Shown piece after piece: positions 18,601 to 27,413 of a stretch of DNA of 38,097 bases. Within the stretch, counting starts at the first letter, position 1; each line of letters opens with the position of its first letter. The stretch is taken from sequence record DRR723986_16569. The stretch is one strand, 5' to 3'. The notes under the pieces are model-generated. The model did no database searches, was not told where the DNA came from, and worked only from the letters and a program-made list of their open reading frames with translations. A program made the position numbers and the translations under genes.

Positions 18601-20268
18601 GAATATCAATTTAAATTTGTCGATACAGATCCACCTTATGACGTTGTAGAAAATTATTGGACTTCAACTGGTCATCACTTGATCTTAGTTGACTTATTAG
18701 AGATAGGAAAGACTTATGACGTTCAAGTTAGAGCAAAATTAAATGGAGTTTGGGGTTTATACGGTGATGTTTGTCAGATACACTCACCACTTACAGTTCC
18801 AACAACGCAATTAAAAACAATAAATTGCGGTGAGCAATTGACTACTTTTAATGAGGTTTTCTATGCACAAACTGTCTCAGGAGCCACTCAATACGAATTT
18901 TTGTTTCTTGATGTAGACAACATCATCTCACCAACTTCTAGCCTTTGGACAAGCACCGGACATCATTTACAAATTCCAGGATTAATGGAATTCAATAAAA
19001 CTTATGATGTTCTTGTCCGAGCTTATGTTGATACTACTTGGGGGGATTGGGGGGATACTTGCCAAATTCACTCACCAGTCTCAGTGCCTGAGACTCAATT
19101 AAAACCAGGACACTGCGGAGAACAATTGACCACTTTTAATGAAGTATTTTATGCTGAGTCTGTACCTGGCGCGACGGAGTATATGTTCGAGTTTACGAAT
19201 ATTTTAACTCCAAATAATCCAATTGAAAATCTTTGGACTTCAAATGGCCATCATCTAACTTTAGTAAATCTATTAGAATTAGATGAAACATACGAAGTAA
19301 GGGTAAAAGCAAAAATCAACGGGGTCTGGGGTGATTACGGCCCAATGTGCTTGATTCATTCACCAACCACAGTACCACTTACTCAATTACAACCGACAAA
19401 TTGTGGTGAACAATTGACCACTTTTAATGAAGTATTCTATGCGCAATCAGTCACTGGCGCTACTCAATACGAATTTTTGTTTATTGATGTAGATAATATT
19501 ATTCCTCCAACTCAAAGCCCGTGGACCAGTACGGGGCATAATCTACAAATTCCAGGATTATTAGAGTTGAACAAAACTTATGATGTTCTAGTTCGTGCTT
19601 ATGTTGATAGTACTTGGGGAGATTGGGGAGATACTTGCCAAATTCATTCGCCGTTAACAGTCCCTAACACCAACATTTATGCATCTGATTGTGGAACTAC
19701 CATGTCCAGTTACAATGAAGTATTTAAATGTGACGCAGTTGCCGGAGCAGACCTCTATCGTTTTAGATTTTTTGATGGAACAAATTATACAACGAATGAC
19801 AGAACAGTAAACACCATTACTTTAAACATTGCAGGCCTTCTAGTTCAAAACGTTTCTTATCAAGTTGATGTTATGGCTAGAATCAATGGTGTTTGGGGAG
19901 CATATGATCAAGCTTGTCCAATCACTGCTCCTCCTACTCCACCAATGAATCTGCCTGGTCAGGATGACAATACAACAGGTCAATTGATTGAAGGGTCTAC
20001 ATTCATTGCAGGAATAGATGATGAAAAGACACCAAGCTTTGCTGTATATCCAAACCCAGCAATTGAAGTGTTTAGTTTGAGGACAGATTTAGATAACTAC
20101 AACATTAAACTTTATTCGACAAATGGACAATTGGTGTACAGTGATTCTCAACTGAGTGGAACGCAGCAAATAGAAGTTTCACAATTTGATGCAGGACTTT
20201 ATATCCTTCAAATTTCAGATTCAGAAAATGTTTTACTAGAAACTACCAAGATTACAGTAATGAAATAA
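15700..20268 (+). CDS. Large T9SS-secreted protein with two receptor-L-domain/LRR solenoids and seven Cys-bracketed ~96-aa FN3-like repeats
   Basis: Signal peptide SFA-Q; LxxLxGLxxLxxV repeats capped by CPxGDV..Q.xVD.F...YP.C; CGEQLTTF..GATxYxF..YxVxVRA..WG.YG..C repeats; C-terminal YPNPA..G.YIL sorting domain. Confidence 0.9.
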   Translation: MKKLNLILLLLIGFGSFAQCPVGDVTLNTQADVDNFQVNYPNCSVIDGDFTVSGLDITDLTPLINITQVTGTLQLNTCGFASLNGLQNLTSVGSAGGQEMLMIYNNQNLQDMSQLYNLNTVIGDLWVYNNDNVVTLYGLQGLNAINGNLFIVQNDGLVNFFGLHALVSVGSIGISQNTVLQDISQISSLNSVNTILIENNAQLNSLSGLQGLTNMSGNLKIEGNNINSCSGLNNLVSIGSFSIKNEQSLTSLSGLQSLTTVNGLTVEFCPQLQSFDALENLNSVGNLNIKANFMLNDLSALNHPIALNSLTVTNNNNLQQCAVQAICDYLDVNTATIQSNNFGCNSETEVENQCATLTQLLPIHCGEQLTTFDQVFHAEAVTGATEYEFQIWNILDPQNQQVSGSVSPSHSLEQFGLFELGQTYEIRVKAKINGIWYGYGPICQLYSPVTVPETQITASNCNQQLITFDELFYATEVSGATQYEFEFTNTQSGQVTLSNSTDNSHSLQAAGLTNFNQIYNVRVRAYIDGTWGAYGTSCAIHAPISPCPIGDVILLNQNQVDQFIIDYPTCTEIDGNLFVTGSLNDLSPLSNLVTIHGDFSLSTYSSALSTLTGIHNIATVDGELSLYINGTTNITDLTELTALATINSLKIGGSSLTSMTGLENLTSLNGGLTINDADNLTNLTGLQNINSIGGDVYLNDNLLLQDLTLLSTISNWNLNQLTISQNNALIDLNGFQNVTSVEKLVVSLNDNLITLNGLNSLTNIGANPYYSLEVSHNQDLQSIAALSNVTSIGGGISMTWNQNLISYDGMQGITNVPYSMNLSFNGVSDLTGFNNLASTPRLTIDNNPNLTSLNGLENLTTVSGDFFRFAYNPNLTDIQALNHPIVIPALLQIYFNSSLSTCNAQAVCDYVDAFSADIHHNDGGCDSQAEVQASCAVPLTQLKPAHCGEQLTTFNEVFYADAVPGATEYQFKFVDTDPPYDVVENYWTSTGHHLILVDLLEIGKTYDVQVRAKLNGVWGLYGDVCQIHSPLTVPTTQLKTINCGEQLTTFNEVFYAQTVSGATQYEFLFLDVDNIISPTSSLWTSTGHHLQIPGLMEFNKTYDVLVRAYVDTTWGDWGDTCQIHSPVSVPETQLKPGHCGEQLTTFNEVFYAESVPGATEYMFEFTNILTPNNPIENLWTSNGHHLTLVNLLELDETYEVRVKAKINGVWGDYGPMCLIHSPTTVPLTQLQPTNCGEQLTTFNEVFYAQSVTGATQYEFLFIDVDNIIPPTQSPWTSTGHNLQIPGLLELNKTYDVLVRAYVDSTWGDWGDTCQIHSPLTVPNTNIYASDCGTTMSSYNEVFKCDAVAGADLYRFRFFDGTNYTTNDRTVNTITLNIAGLLVQNVSYQVDVMARINGVWGAYDQACPITAPPTPPMNLPGQDDNTTGQLIEGSTFIAGIDDEKTPSFAVYPNPAIEVFSLRTDLDNYNIKLYSTNGQLVYSDSQLSGTQQIEVSQFDAGLYILQISDSENVLLETTKITVMK
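18517..19668 (+). repeat. Intragenic tandem duplication with 576-nt period (two 288-nt subunits)
   Basis: CACTGCGGAGAACAA occurs at 18535 and 19111; GATACTTGCCAAATTCA also recurs at a 576-nt offset. Confidence 0.85.
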
Positions 20269-20272
20269 ACAA

Positions 20273-20304
20273 AAAAAAGGCGCAGAGTTTTCTGCGCCTT
20301 TTTT
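20273..20304. terminator. Bidirectional Rho-independent terminator
   Basis: AAAAAAGGCGCAGA-GTTT-TCTGCGCCTTTTTT between convergent genes. Confidence 0.9.
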
Positions 20305-20360
20305 ATTTAGTTTTTAGCCTTTCACCAAACAAAAGATTCCGGAACAAAATTAAGCTACTC

Positions 20361-20810
20361 CTATTCAACATCAAATACCCGCCTGTGGTAGTTAATTTGA
20401 CCTAAATGATAGGATAAATGAGAACTCAAATGAATCAAGAAAAACCTTGTAGTCATTGGTTTCTTGAAAACTTCAATAGGGTAAATATTATCTAAATCTT
20501 CTGCGGACAATCCATCAAGCGAGGATGAAACAATTGTTAGCGTTTCGTCAACCTCTTGTATTAGTTCTGTCTGAAGAATACCTTTAGCGGAGAATTCAAA
20601 TTCTCTTTTTCGCTCATATCCTGTATTTCCTAATTGTGCACCAATAAACCATTTCAAATTTCCTACAAGGTGTAAACAAAGATTTCCAGCCGAATTGGAA
20701 ATTGTATTATCCGAATACCAGATTTTTTCTTCGTACCTATATGCCTCAATTTCTTTCTTTAAATTGTTGAGATCTCGAATAAAGATTTCTTTTAATTCTT
20801 GTTTCAGCAT
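20361..20810 (-). CDS. DinB/DUF1572-family metal-binding protein
   Basis: NSAGNLCLHLVGNL, R.REFEF and HLSYHLGQINYHRR (DinB His triad). Confidence 0.88.
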   Translation of the reverse strand: MLKQELKEIFIRDLNNLKKEIEAYRYEEKIWYSDNTISNSAGNLCLHLVGNLKWFIGAQLGNTGYERKREFEFSAKGILQTELIQEVDETLTIVSSSLDGLSAEDLDNIYPIEVFKKPMTTRFFLIHLSSHLSYHLGQINYHRRVFDVE

Positions 20811-20843
20811 GTTATGTTTCTTTTGAGTGAAAGTCCTAATATG

Positions 20844-20999
20844 TTCTCGATACTATCCCGTTCACGGCTGCGCCGAGACGGCATCACTCGAACAAACCTT
20901 AAGGTTCATTATGCAGTCGTTATAACAATTGAAAAGGTCTATAAAAGGGTTTGTTCGAGTATTTAGTTTTGGTGAAACCAAAACTAAATGTAACGAGAA
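20844..20999. repeat. REP/REPIN-like inverted doublet with internal hairpins
   Basis: TTCTCGATAC (20844-20853) vs GTAACGAGAA (20990-20999); ACTCGAACAAACC (20886-20898) vs GGTTTGTTCGAGT (20948-20960); perfect 13-bp hairpin at 20961-20989. Confidence 0.75.
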
Positions 21000-23900
21000 T
21001 CACCCCTTCACCAAGTCCATTCTTGTATCACCCTCGTCTAAATCAGCAACGGTTCCTTGTGTTTCTGATAAAGAATCAAAAGTGATATCTAGCGCTAACA
21101 CCTCAGCTTTGATGTAATCTGCATTGTTTTCTATGGCCTTTTTCACTTCTTCGTTTGCGTCAAAGGTCAATTTGATTTTATCCATCACTTCAAGTCCTGA
21201 ATCTTTTCTGAAATTCTGGATTCTATTCACTAACTCTCTGGCGATTCCTTCTGATTTCAACTCTTCTGTAATCGTTACATCAAGAGCAACTGTGATTCTG
21301 CCTTCAGAAGCAACAGTCCAGCCTGGAATGTCATCTGTTACAATATCGAAGTCGGCTAAATCTAATTCGATAGGCACACCTTCTAAGTCACCTTTCCATC
21401 CGCCATTTGCCTCAACAGCTGAAATCTCTTCGCCTCCCCATTGATTCACCATGGCAGCAATTTGTTTCATTTGCTTCCCATATTTTGGTCCAATGGTTTT
21501 GAAATTTGGCTTGATTTTCTTGCTGATGACCCCTTCAGTATCTTCTAATAAATCAATCTCTTTGATGTTCACCTCAGATAAAATCAAGTCAGACACGTCT
21601 TGCAATCTTCTAGCAAAATCCTGATCTAAAACAGGTACCATGATTCTTTGCAATGGCTGACGCACTTTGATTTTTTCTTTTGCTCTTAATCCCAATACCA
21701 ATGAAGATACTTTCTGAGCAATGTCCATCTTTTCTTCTAAATCCAAGTCAATTTGAGCCTCATCTGCTTTAGGGAAATCTGCCAAGTGAACAGATTCAAC
21801 TTGATGACGTCCACAAACTGAATTTAAATCCATAAATAATTGATCTGTAAAGAATGGTGCAATTGGCGAACTTAAAGTTACCACTGTTTCTAAACACTGA
21901 TAAAGCGTTTGATATGCAGAGATTTTATCGTCTGTATAATCACCTTTCCAGAATCTTCTTCTGCACAATCTCACATACCAGTTTGATAATTCATCCGTTA
22001 CAAATCCTTGAATTAACCTTCCTGCTTTGGTTGGCTCATAATCTTCATAAGCTGCCTCTACATCTTTAATTAAGGAATTCAATTTGGATAGAATCCAACG
22101 GTCAATTTCCGGTCGGTTTGCCACGTCTGCTTCAGCATAAGTGAAGCCGTCAATGTTCGCGTATAATGCGAAGAATGAGTAAGTATTGTAAAGGGTTCCA
22201 AAGAATTTTCTTTGTACTTCTTTGATTCCTTCTTCATCAAATTTTAAGTTATCCCAAGGTTGCGCATTGGTGATCATGTACCAACGCGTTGGATCTGCTC
22301 CGTAAGCTCCTAAAGTTTCAAATGGGTCAACTGCATTTCCTAAACGTTTTGACATTTTCTGTCCGTTCTTGTCTAACACCAATCCATTTGAGATGACATT
22401 TTTGTAGGATACCGTATCAAAAACTAAAGTTGCAATAGCGTGTTGTGTATAGAACCATCCTCTGGTCTGGTCAACACCCTCTGCAATGTAATCTGTTGGG
22501 AAAGCAGATGGACCTTTTGGAGCCGTTCCGTTTTTAAATGCGGCTACTCCATTATCAATCAATTCTTTGTTTTCAAAGGGATAATGTTGCTGCGCAAATG
22601 GTGCCGATCCTGAATCAAACCAAACGTCAATTAAGTCTGCTTCTCTTTTTAATGGTTGACCGGTTGCCGATACCAAAGTGATGTCATCTACATAGTTTTT
22701 ATGCAAATCAATTTTTGCATAGTTTTCTTTTGACATGTCACCCACCACGAATTCTGCCAATGGATTTTTATCCATTAAACCGGCATCCACCGCTTTTTGA
22801 GCTTCAGCTTTAAGTTGTTCAACTGATGAGATGCAGATTTGCTCCGTTCCATCTTCTGATGTCCAAACCGGAATTGGAATTCCCCAGTATCTTGAACGAG
22901 AAAGGTTCCAATCGTTAGCTGTTTCTAGCCAATTTCCGAAACGCCCTTCACCGGTAGATTTTGGTTTCCAATTAATGGTATTGTTCAATTCCACCATACG
23001 CTCACGCTTATCCGTTACTTTGATAAACCATGAATCTAGCGGGTAGTATAAAATCGGTTTGTCCGTTCTCCAGCAATGTGGGTAAGAGTGGACGTATTTT
23101 TCAATGTTGAAGGCTTTGTTCTCAATCTTCAATTTCAAAGTGATTCGCTCATCTACGCTCAAGTAGCTTTTCAAATCAGCAATGATGTCTTTTAGATTTT
23201 CTCTCTGTTTAGTCAATTCTGCTGCTTCTTCTCCTTCTTCAAGGTATTCAGCTTTTACATATTCTCCGCCTAAACCAAAAGTAGGATCTGCCAATTCTTT
23301 TCTGAACTTACCTTGCAAGTCAACTAAAGGAACCGCATTGCCATTCTCATCTTCAATCAATAAGCCAGGAACACCAGCAGCTTTTGCTACCAAGGCATCA
23401 TCCGCACCAAAAGTTGGAGCCGTGTGCACAATTCCAGTTCCATCTTCAGTGGTTACGAAATCACCAGGAATCACTACAAATGCTTTTTCAGCATCTTGAT
23501 GTGGTTGACAATAATCTAATAATTGCTCGTATTTAACACCAACTAAATCGGTTCCTAAACATTCACCAACAATGGCATAAGGAACTTTTTTATCTCCTTT
23601 AGCATAAGTCATTGAAACCGCATCTTCAGCTAATTCAAATTTCTTCCCGAATTGCTTTGACACCAAGTTTTTGGCTAAAACTACCTGAATTGGTTCGTGT
23701 GTATATTGGTTCCAAGTCTGCACTAAAACGTACTCAATTTTCGGTCCTACGGTTAAAGCTGTGTTTGAAGGAAGTGTCCAAGGAGTAGTCGTCCAAGCAA
23801 GGATGTGTAATTGATCAAGATTCGCATTTTCAAACGGAACAGTTTCACCCGCTTTTACTTTAAACTGGGCCACACAAGTGGTATCAGTCACATCACGATA

Positions 23901-24503
23901 ACAACCAGGTTGGTTAATTTCATGAGAACTCAATCCTGTTCCGGCTTTTGGAGAATAAGGTTGGATGGTGTATCCTTTATACATCAAATCTCTTGAATAG
24001 ATCTGACCCAATAACCACCAAACAGACTCCATATATTTTGGATCATAAGTGATGTACGGATCTTCCATATCCACCCAATAACCCATCTTTACGGTTAAGT
24101 CATTCCAAACATCTGTGTAACGCATTACTGCTTCACGACAGGCTTTGTTATAATCATCCACCGAAATCTTTGTTCCGATATCTTCTTTTGTAATTCCGAG
24201 TTCTTTCTCTACTTTCAACTCCACCGGTAAACCGTGCGTATCCCACCCAGCTTTCCGTTTTACTTGAAATCCTTTTAATGTTTTATAACGACAAAAAATA
24301 TCTTTAATCGCACGTGCCATCACGTGGTGAATACCAGGCAAACCGTTAGCCGAAGGTGGTCCTTCAGTAAATACAAAGGCAGGATTTCCCTTACGGGTAT
24401 CCATACTTTTATGAAAGATGTTTTTCGCTTCCCAATCTTTTAGCACTTTTTCTGCTACGTTTGGTAAGTTCAGTCCTTGATATTCAGGATATTTATTGCT
24501 CAT
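21000..24503 (-). CDS. ileS: Isoleucine--tRNA ligase, type 2 (IleRS2)
   Basis: EGPPSANGLPGIHH, GWDTHGLP, WTTTPWTLP, GTGIVH, HSYPHCWR, SRSRYWG, EGVDQTRGWF, KMSKR, WYVRLCRRRFW and an IleRS2-type C-terminus (EGIARELVNRIQNFRK); ATG at 24503. Confidence 0.98.
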   Translation of the reverse strand: MSNKYPEYQGLNLPNVAEKVLKDWEAKNIFHKSMDTRKGNPAFVFTEGPPSANGLPGIHHVMARAIKDIFCRYKTLKGFQVKRKAGWDTHGLPVELKVEKELGITKEDIGTKISVDDYNKACREAVMRYTDVWNDLTVKMGYWVDMEDPYITYDPKYMESVWWLLGQIYSRDLMYKGYTIQPYSPKAGTGLSSHEINQPGCYRDVTDTTCVAQFKVKAGETVPFENANLDQLHILAWTTTPWTLPSNTALTVGPKIEYVLVQTWNQYTHEPIQVVLAKNLVSKQFGKKFELAEDAVSMTYAKGDKKVPYAIVGECLGTDLVGVKYEQLLDYCQPHQDAEKAFVVIPGDFVTTEDGTGIVHTAPTFGADDALVAKAAGVPGLLIEDENGNAVPLVDLQGKFRKELADPTFGLGGEYVKAEYLEEGEEAAELTKQRENLKDIIADLKSYLSVDERITLKLKIENKAFNIEKYVHSYPHCWRTDKPILYYPLDSWFIKVTDKRERMVELNNTINWKPKSTGEGRFGNWLETANDWNLSRSRYWGIPIPVWTSEDGTEQICISSVEQLKAEAQKAVDAGLMDKNPLAEFVVGDMSKENYAKIDLHKNYVDDITLVSATGQPLKREADLIDVWFDSGSAPFAQQHYPFENKELIDNGVAAFKNGTAPKGPSAFPTDYIAEGVDQTRGWFYTQHAIATLVFDTVSYKNVISNGLVLDKNGQKMSKRLGNAVDPFETLGAYGADPTRWYMITNAQPWDNLKFDEEGIKEVQRKFFGTLYNTYSFFALYANIDGFTYAEADVANRPEIDRWILSKLNSLIKDVEAAYEDYEPTKAGRLIQGFVTDELSNWYVRLCRRRFWKGDYTDDKISAYQTLYQCLETVVTLSSPIAPFFTDQLFMDLNSVCGRHQVESVHLADFPKADEAQIDLDLEEKMDIAQKVSSLVLGLRAKEKIKVRQPLQRIMVPVLDQDFARRLQDVSDLILSEVNIKEIDLLEDTEGVISKKIKPNFKTIGPKYGKQMKQIAAMVNQWGGEEISAVEANGGWKGDLEGVPIELDLADFDIVTDDIPGWTVASEGRITVALDVTITEELKSEGIARELVNRIQNFRKDSGLEVMDKIKLTFDANEEVKKAIENNADYIKAEVLALDITFDSLSETQGTVADLDEGDTRMDLVKG

Positions 24504-24527
24504 TTCGTTATCGATAATTTGAAGGGG

Positions 24528-24535
24528 CAAAATTA
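24528..24535 (-). promoter_or_regulatory. -7 promoter box for ileS
   Basis: Minus strand TAATTTTG(C), 24 nt upstream of the ATG at 24503. Confidence 0.6.
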
Positions 24536-24690
24536 GTGATTTTTTGTCAGTTCAGGTTTCAAGAAGGGCTGCACAAAAAAAACAAGGAAAATCTCAATTT
24601 ATACTTTAACAAACTTTCAACTAAATCTTATGTTAAAAATCGTTTTTCATTTCAAATTGAGCTATCTTTCTGACCTAAAATAAATTAATT

Positions 24691-26415
24691 ATGATTAAAA
24701 AATTACTCTTTAGTGTTGGTCTGATTGCAGGCTTGAATGCGCAATCTCAAGATACAACCTCATATCGAATGGTCACTTGTGGCTTTGGGGAACTTTCATT
24801 TTTTAATACTGATTCCACTGATATGGTATCAATTTTTCCGTTGTTCGGTTCAGGTCACTTGATTTTTTCAAATCCTGCTGATAGCCTGATGTACATGATA
24901 ATTGATGACGCGGGTTCTTCTGGAGATCGAAATTTATTTACAATCAACCCTTTCACAGGTACTTATACTTTAGTAGCTGATTTGGGCATTCAATATATCA
25001 ATTCTGGAGATTTAGGTAACGACAATACGCTATACGTAATAACTGGAAACGGAAATGGTACACCTGGTGAAGTATCTGCAATTGACATGACGACTTTTGT
25101 TGAAACTTCTCTGTACACTAGCATAGTTTCAGGTTCAACAAGTCCTACAGCAACTGAGTTTAACCCTACAGACTCAAGTTTGTACATTTACGAATCGTAT
25201 AATAACAATCTATATATCTATGATTTGTTGACGGGAACAGAGTCTGCTGCTCTCATCAATAATTTTGCTGATGATGAGCACCATGGAGCCTATTATGATG
25301 AAGTTAATGACGTATTTCATGTTGGTACCTACGGTGGAGATTTATACATCAGTGACAATACTTATTTAAATGGTGGAATCTATGCAACTTCTACTGAAAA
25401 CGCTATTGACCTTTCTCTAATCGAACATACACTTAGAGCGGACACATCTTACTTTTCCGGTTTTTGTCCTGGAACGGATAGCGTATTGATAAGTACCATT
25501 TATCCCATGAATTCTGTTTCATGGATGAAAGATGGTGTTGTGATACCGGGAGCTACTAATGACTCAATTTGGGCCTCTGAAACTGGTATTTATCAAGCCA
25601 TCATGGAAATTGGAATTGGAGATGGATATATGATTTCAGAAGGAATTGAATTAGACTTATTTACAGTTCCAAACGTTAACTTATCAGCTTCAACTGATTC
25701 ATTAATTTGTTTTAACGAAACAGACATTACCATTACAGGTGCTAATCCAGGAGGTGGAACCGCACAATGGTATTTAAATGGGGCTGCGATTTCAGGTGAA
25801 ACTGGTCAAACCATTACAGTGAGTGCCGCTGGATCATACAATCAAGTAAAAACGAATGCTAACGGATGTTCGGATTCATCTGCAACACCTTATGTGGTTT
25901 ATGTTGATCCTACGCCTATTAATGTTTCGATATCACAAGCAATGAACGATTCTTTAATTTGCCCAACAGAAACAATAACTTTAGATGGAGCAAACTCGGG
26001 TGGAACATTTCAGTGGTATATGAATGGATCAGTATTGGCTGGAGAAACGGGAGTAACATATGACGCAACTGCAACTGGAAGCTACAATCAGATCCTGACA
26101 CTGCCTAGCGGCTGTTTCGATAGTGCTGCGGTTGCTTTTCAAATTTATGATGACCCTGCGTGTGGAGCTAGTATAATTGAAAATTCAGAAAGTATTTCAA
26201 TTTATCCGAATCCAGCGTCTGAATTTGTGATTGTGAGTTCAAACGAAATCATCTCAGAAATTGAAATTTTAGATCTTTCAGGAAAAACGGTTTCAATATT
26301 AAGTGGTTTATCTACATTTCAACAACAACTAAACGTTGGCGAATTAAATCACGCTATTTATGTAATCAAAGTCACAACTAGCGAAAAAACAATAGTCACT
26401 AAATTTAGTAAGTAA
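24691..26415 (+). CDS. T9SS-secreted protein: N-terminal beta-propeller-like domain, three Ig-like repeats and C-terminal sorting domain
   Basis: Signal peptide; blade-like repeats (LFTINPFTG, LYIYDLLTG); C..QWY.NG..I.GET..GSY..GC.DS repeats; YPNPA..DLSGK..IYVIKV tail. Confidence 0.85.
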   Translation: MIKKLLFSVGLIAGLNAQSQDTTSYRMVTCGFGELSFFNTDSTDMVSIFPLFGSGHLIFSNPADSLMYMIIDDAGSSGDRNLFTINPFTGTYTLVADLGIQYINSGDLGNDNTLYVITGNGNGTPGEVSAIDMTTFVETSLYTSIVSGSTSPTATEFNPTDSSLYIYESYNNNLYIYDLLTGTESAALINNFADDEHHGAYYDEVNDVFHVGTYGGDLYISDNTYLNGGIYATSTENAIDLSLIEHTLRADTSYFSGFCPGTDSVLISTIYPMNSVSWMKDGVVIPGATNDSIWASETGIYQAIMEIGIGDGYMISEGIELDLFTVPNVNLSASTDSLICFNETDITITGANPGGGTAQWYLNGAAISGETGQTITVSAAGSYNQVKTNANGCSDSSATPYVVYVDPTPINVSISQAMNDSLICPTETITLDGANSGGTFQWYMNGSVLAGETGVTYDATATGSYNQILTLPSGCFDSAAVAFQIYDDPACGASIIENSESISIYPNPASEFVIVSSNEIISEIEILDLSGKTVSILSGLSTFQQQLNVGELNHAIYVIKVTTSEKTIVTKFSK

Positions 26416-26427
26416 ATAATCTATAAG

Positions 26428-26461
26428 AAAAGAGGCAGGTGTTGTACCTGCCTCTTTTTTT
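26428..26461 (+). terminator. Rho-independent terminator
   Basis: AAAAGAGGCAGGT-GTTGT-ACCTGCCTCTTTT plus a T run. Confidence 0.88.
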
Positions 26462-26473
26462 AAAATTGATCTT

Positions 26474-27046
26474 ATGAATCGAGCCAAACAGGCTTTATTA
26501 TTCGTAGTCTATTTCTTCCTGCTAACTGCAGTTAACTTCTCCTGCAACAAAGGCAAAAACAATTCCGAATCCTGTAACGGCAGTTCTACCAGACGAGACA
26601 TTAAAATTGCCATTGATGCAGCCGCCATGGAGATTGATACGATTCCGATTGTTGCGACAATTGATTCACTTGGTAGCTTAGATTTACCAAAGGCAAAAAA
26701 GGATTTAGAGCGTCAAGACATAGAAAAGCATGTTTTTACGGTTACCGGAACTGTGGAGAAAGTAAAAAAATATCGTGATGGTGATTACCACATTAAATTG
26801 GTAGACGAAAATGAAAATTTCATGAATTGTGAGTCGCCAAATGTGGGATGTAAATTTATCTCCTCTTCTCGTTTTCTAGAACAGTTTAAAACCGTTCGTG
26901 CTTTTATTGAAGAACATGAAGATGATTTAGAGGGTAAGACGCTCACCATAACAGGCGTTGGCTTTATTGATATTGACCACAAATATCCTAGAAATGCCGC
27001 TCCGAATGAAATTGAGCTGCATCCGATTTTGGATATTCAGTTTTAG
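26474..27046 (+). CDS. Lipoprotein with probable OB-fold domain
   Basis: Lipobox VNFS-C; VFTVTGTV..DGDYHIKL..CE..LTITGVGF.D..IELHP pattern. Confidence 0.65.
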   Translation: MNRAKQALLFVVYFFLLTAVNFSCNKGKNNSESCNGSSTRRDIKIAIDAAAMEIDTIPIVATIDSLGSLDLPKAKKDLERQDIEKHVFTVTGTVEKVKKYRDGDYHIKLVDENENFMNCESPNVGCKFISSSRFLEQFKTVRAFIEEHEDDLEGKTLTITGVGFIDIDHKYPRNAAPNEIELHPILDIQF

Positions 27047-27339
27047 CTTTTTCTTTTCACAAATTGATGTGATTCTACCCTGTCGTAAACAGAAACTTTC
27101 ACGGTAAATACGCCTTCAGGATAAGAACTTAAGTCCAATTTAAATTCTTTTTCTTTTGTGTGTTCAGTCCAAACAACATTACCATCTTGCGAAACTATTT
27201 GTACCATAACGGCATGACCTTGTTGATCTAATTGGACAGTTATCACATCTGTTGCCGAATTGATGTTGAAGTTAACTTTGCCGTCATTAGCAAAAAGAGA
27301 TAGTGGAAGTAAGAATAAGAAAAGAAGTAAATTTTTCAT
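27043..27339 (-). CDS. Small secreted protein made almost entirely of a T9SS-CTD/DUF3244-like domain
   Basis: ATG at 27339; signal peptide ending LFA; VQIVSQDGNVV..LDLSSYPEGVFTVKV..HQFVK. Confidence 0.65.
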   Translation of the reverse strand: MKNLLLFLFLLPLSLFANDGKVNFNINSATDVITVQLDQQGHAVMVQIVSQDGNVVWTEHTKEKEFKLDLSSYPEGVFTVKVSVYDRVESHQFVKRKS

Positions 27340-27413
27340 GATCTTTTTTGGTTGGTTGTTGACCATTCTTACGAATGTCTAATCAATAGGTTACCAAACT
27401 AAAAAATCGTTCA

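Noticed and set aside
18517-19668. Diversity-generating retroelement template/variable repeat
   Set aside because: The repeats are in-frame protein domains with scattered, largely synonymous-looking differences, and there is no reverse transcriptase gene in the window.
20929-21117. 62-aa ORF crossing the repeat and the ileS 3' end
   Set aside because: It has a TTG start, runs antisense to ileS and reads through a hairpin; no coding signal.
24504-24690. T-box riboswitch upstream of ileS
   Set aside because: No T-box consensus is visible, and the promoter box only 24 nt from the ATG leaves no room for a leader.
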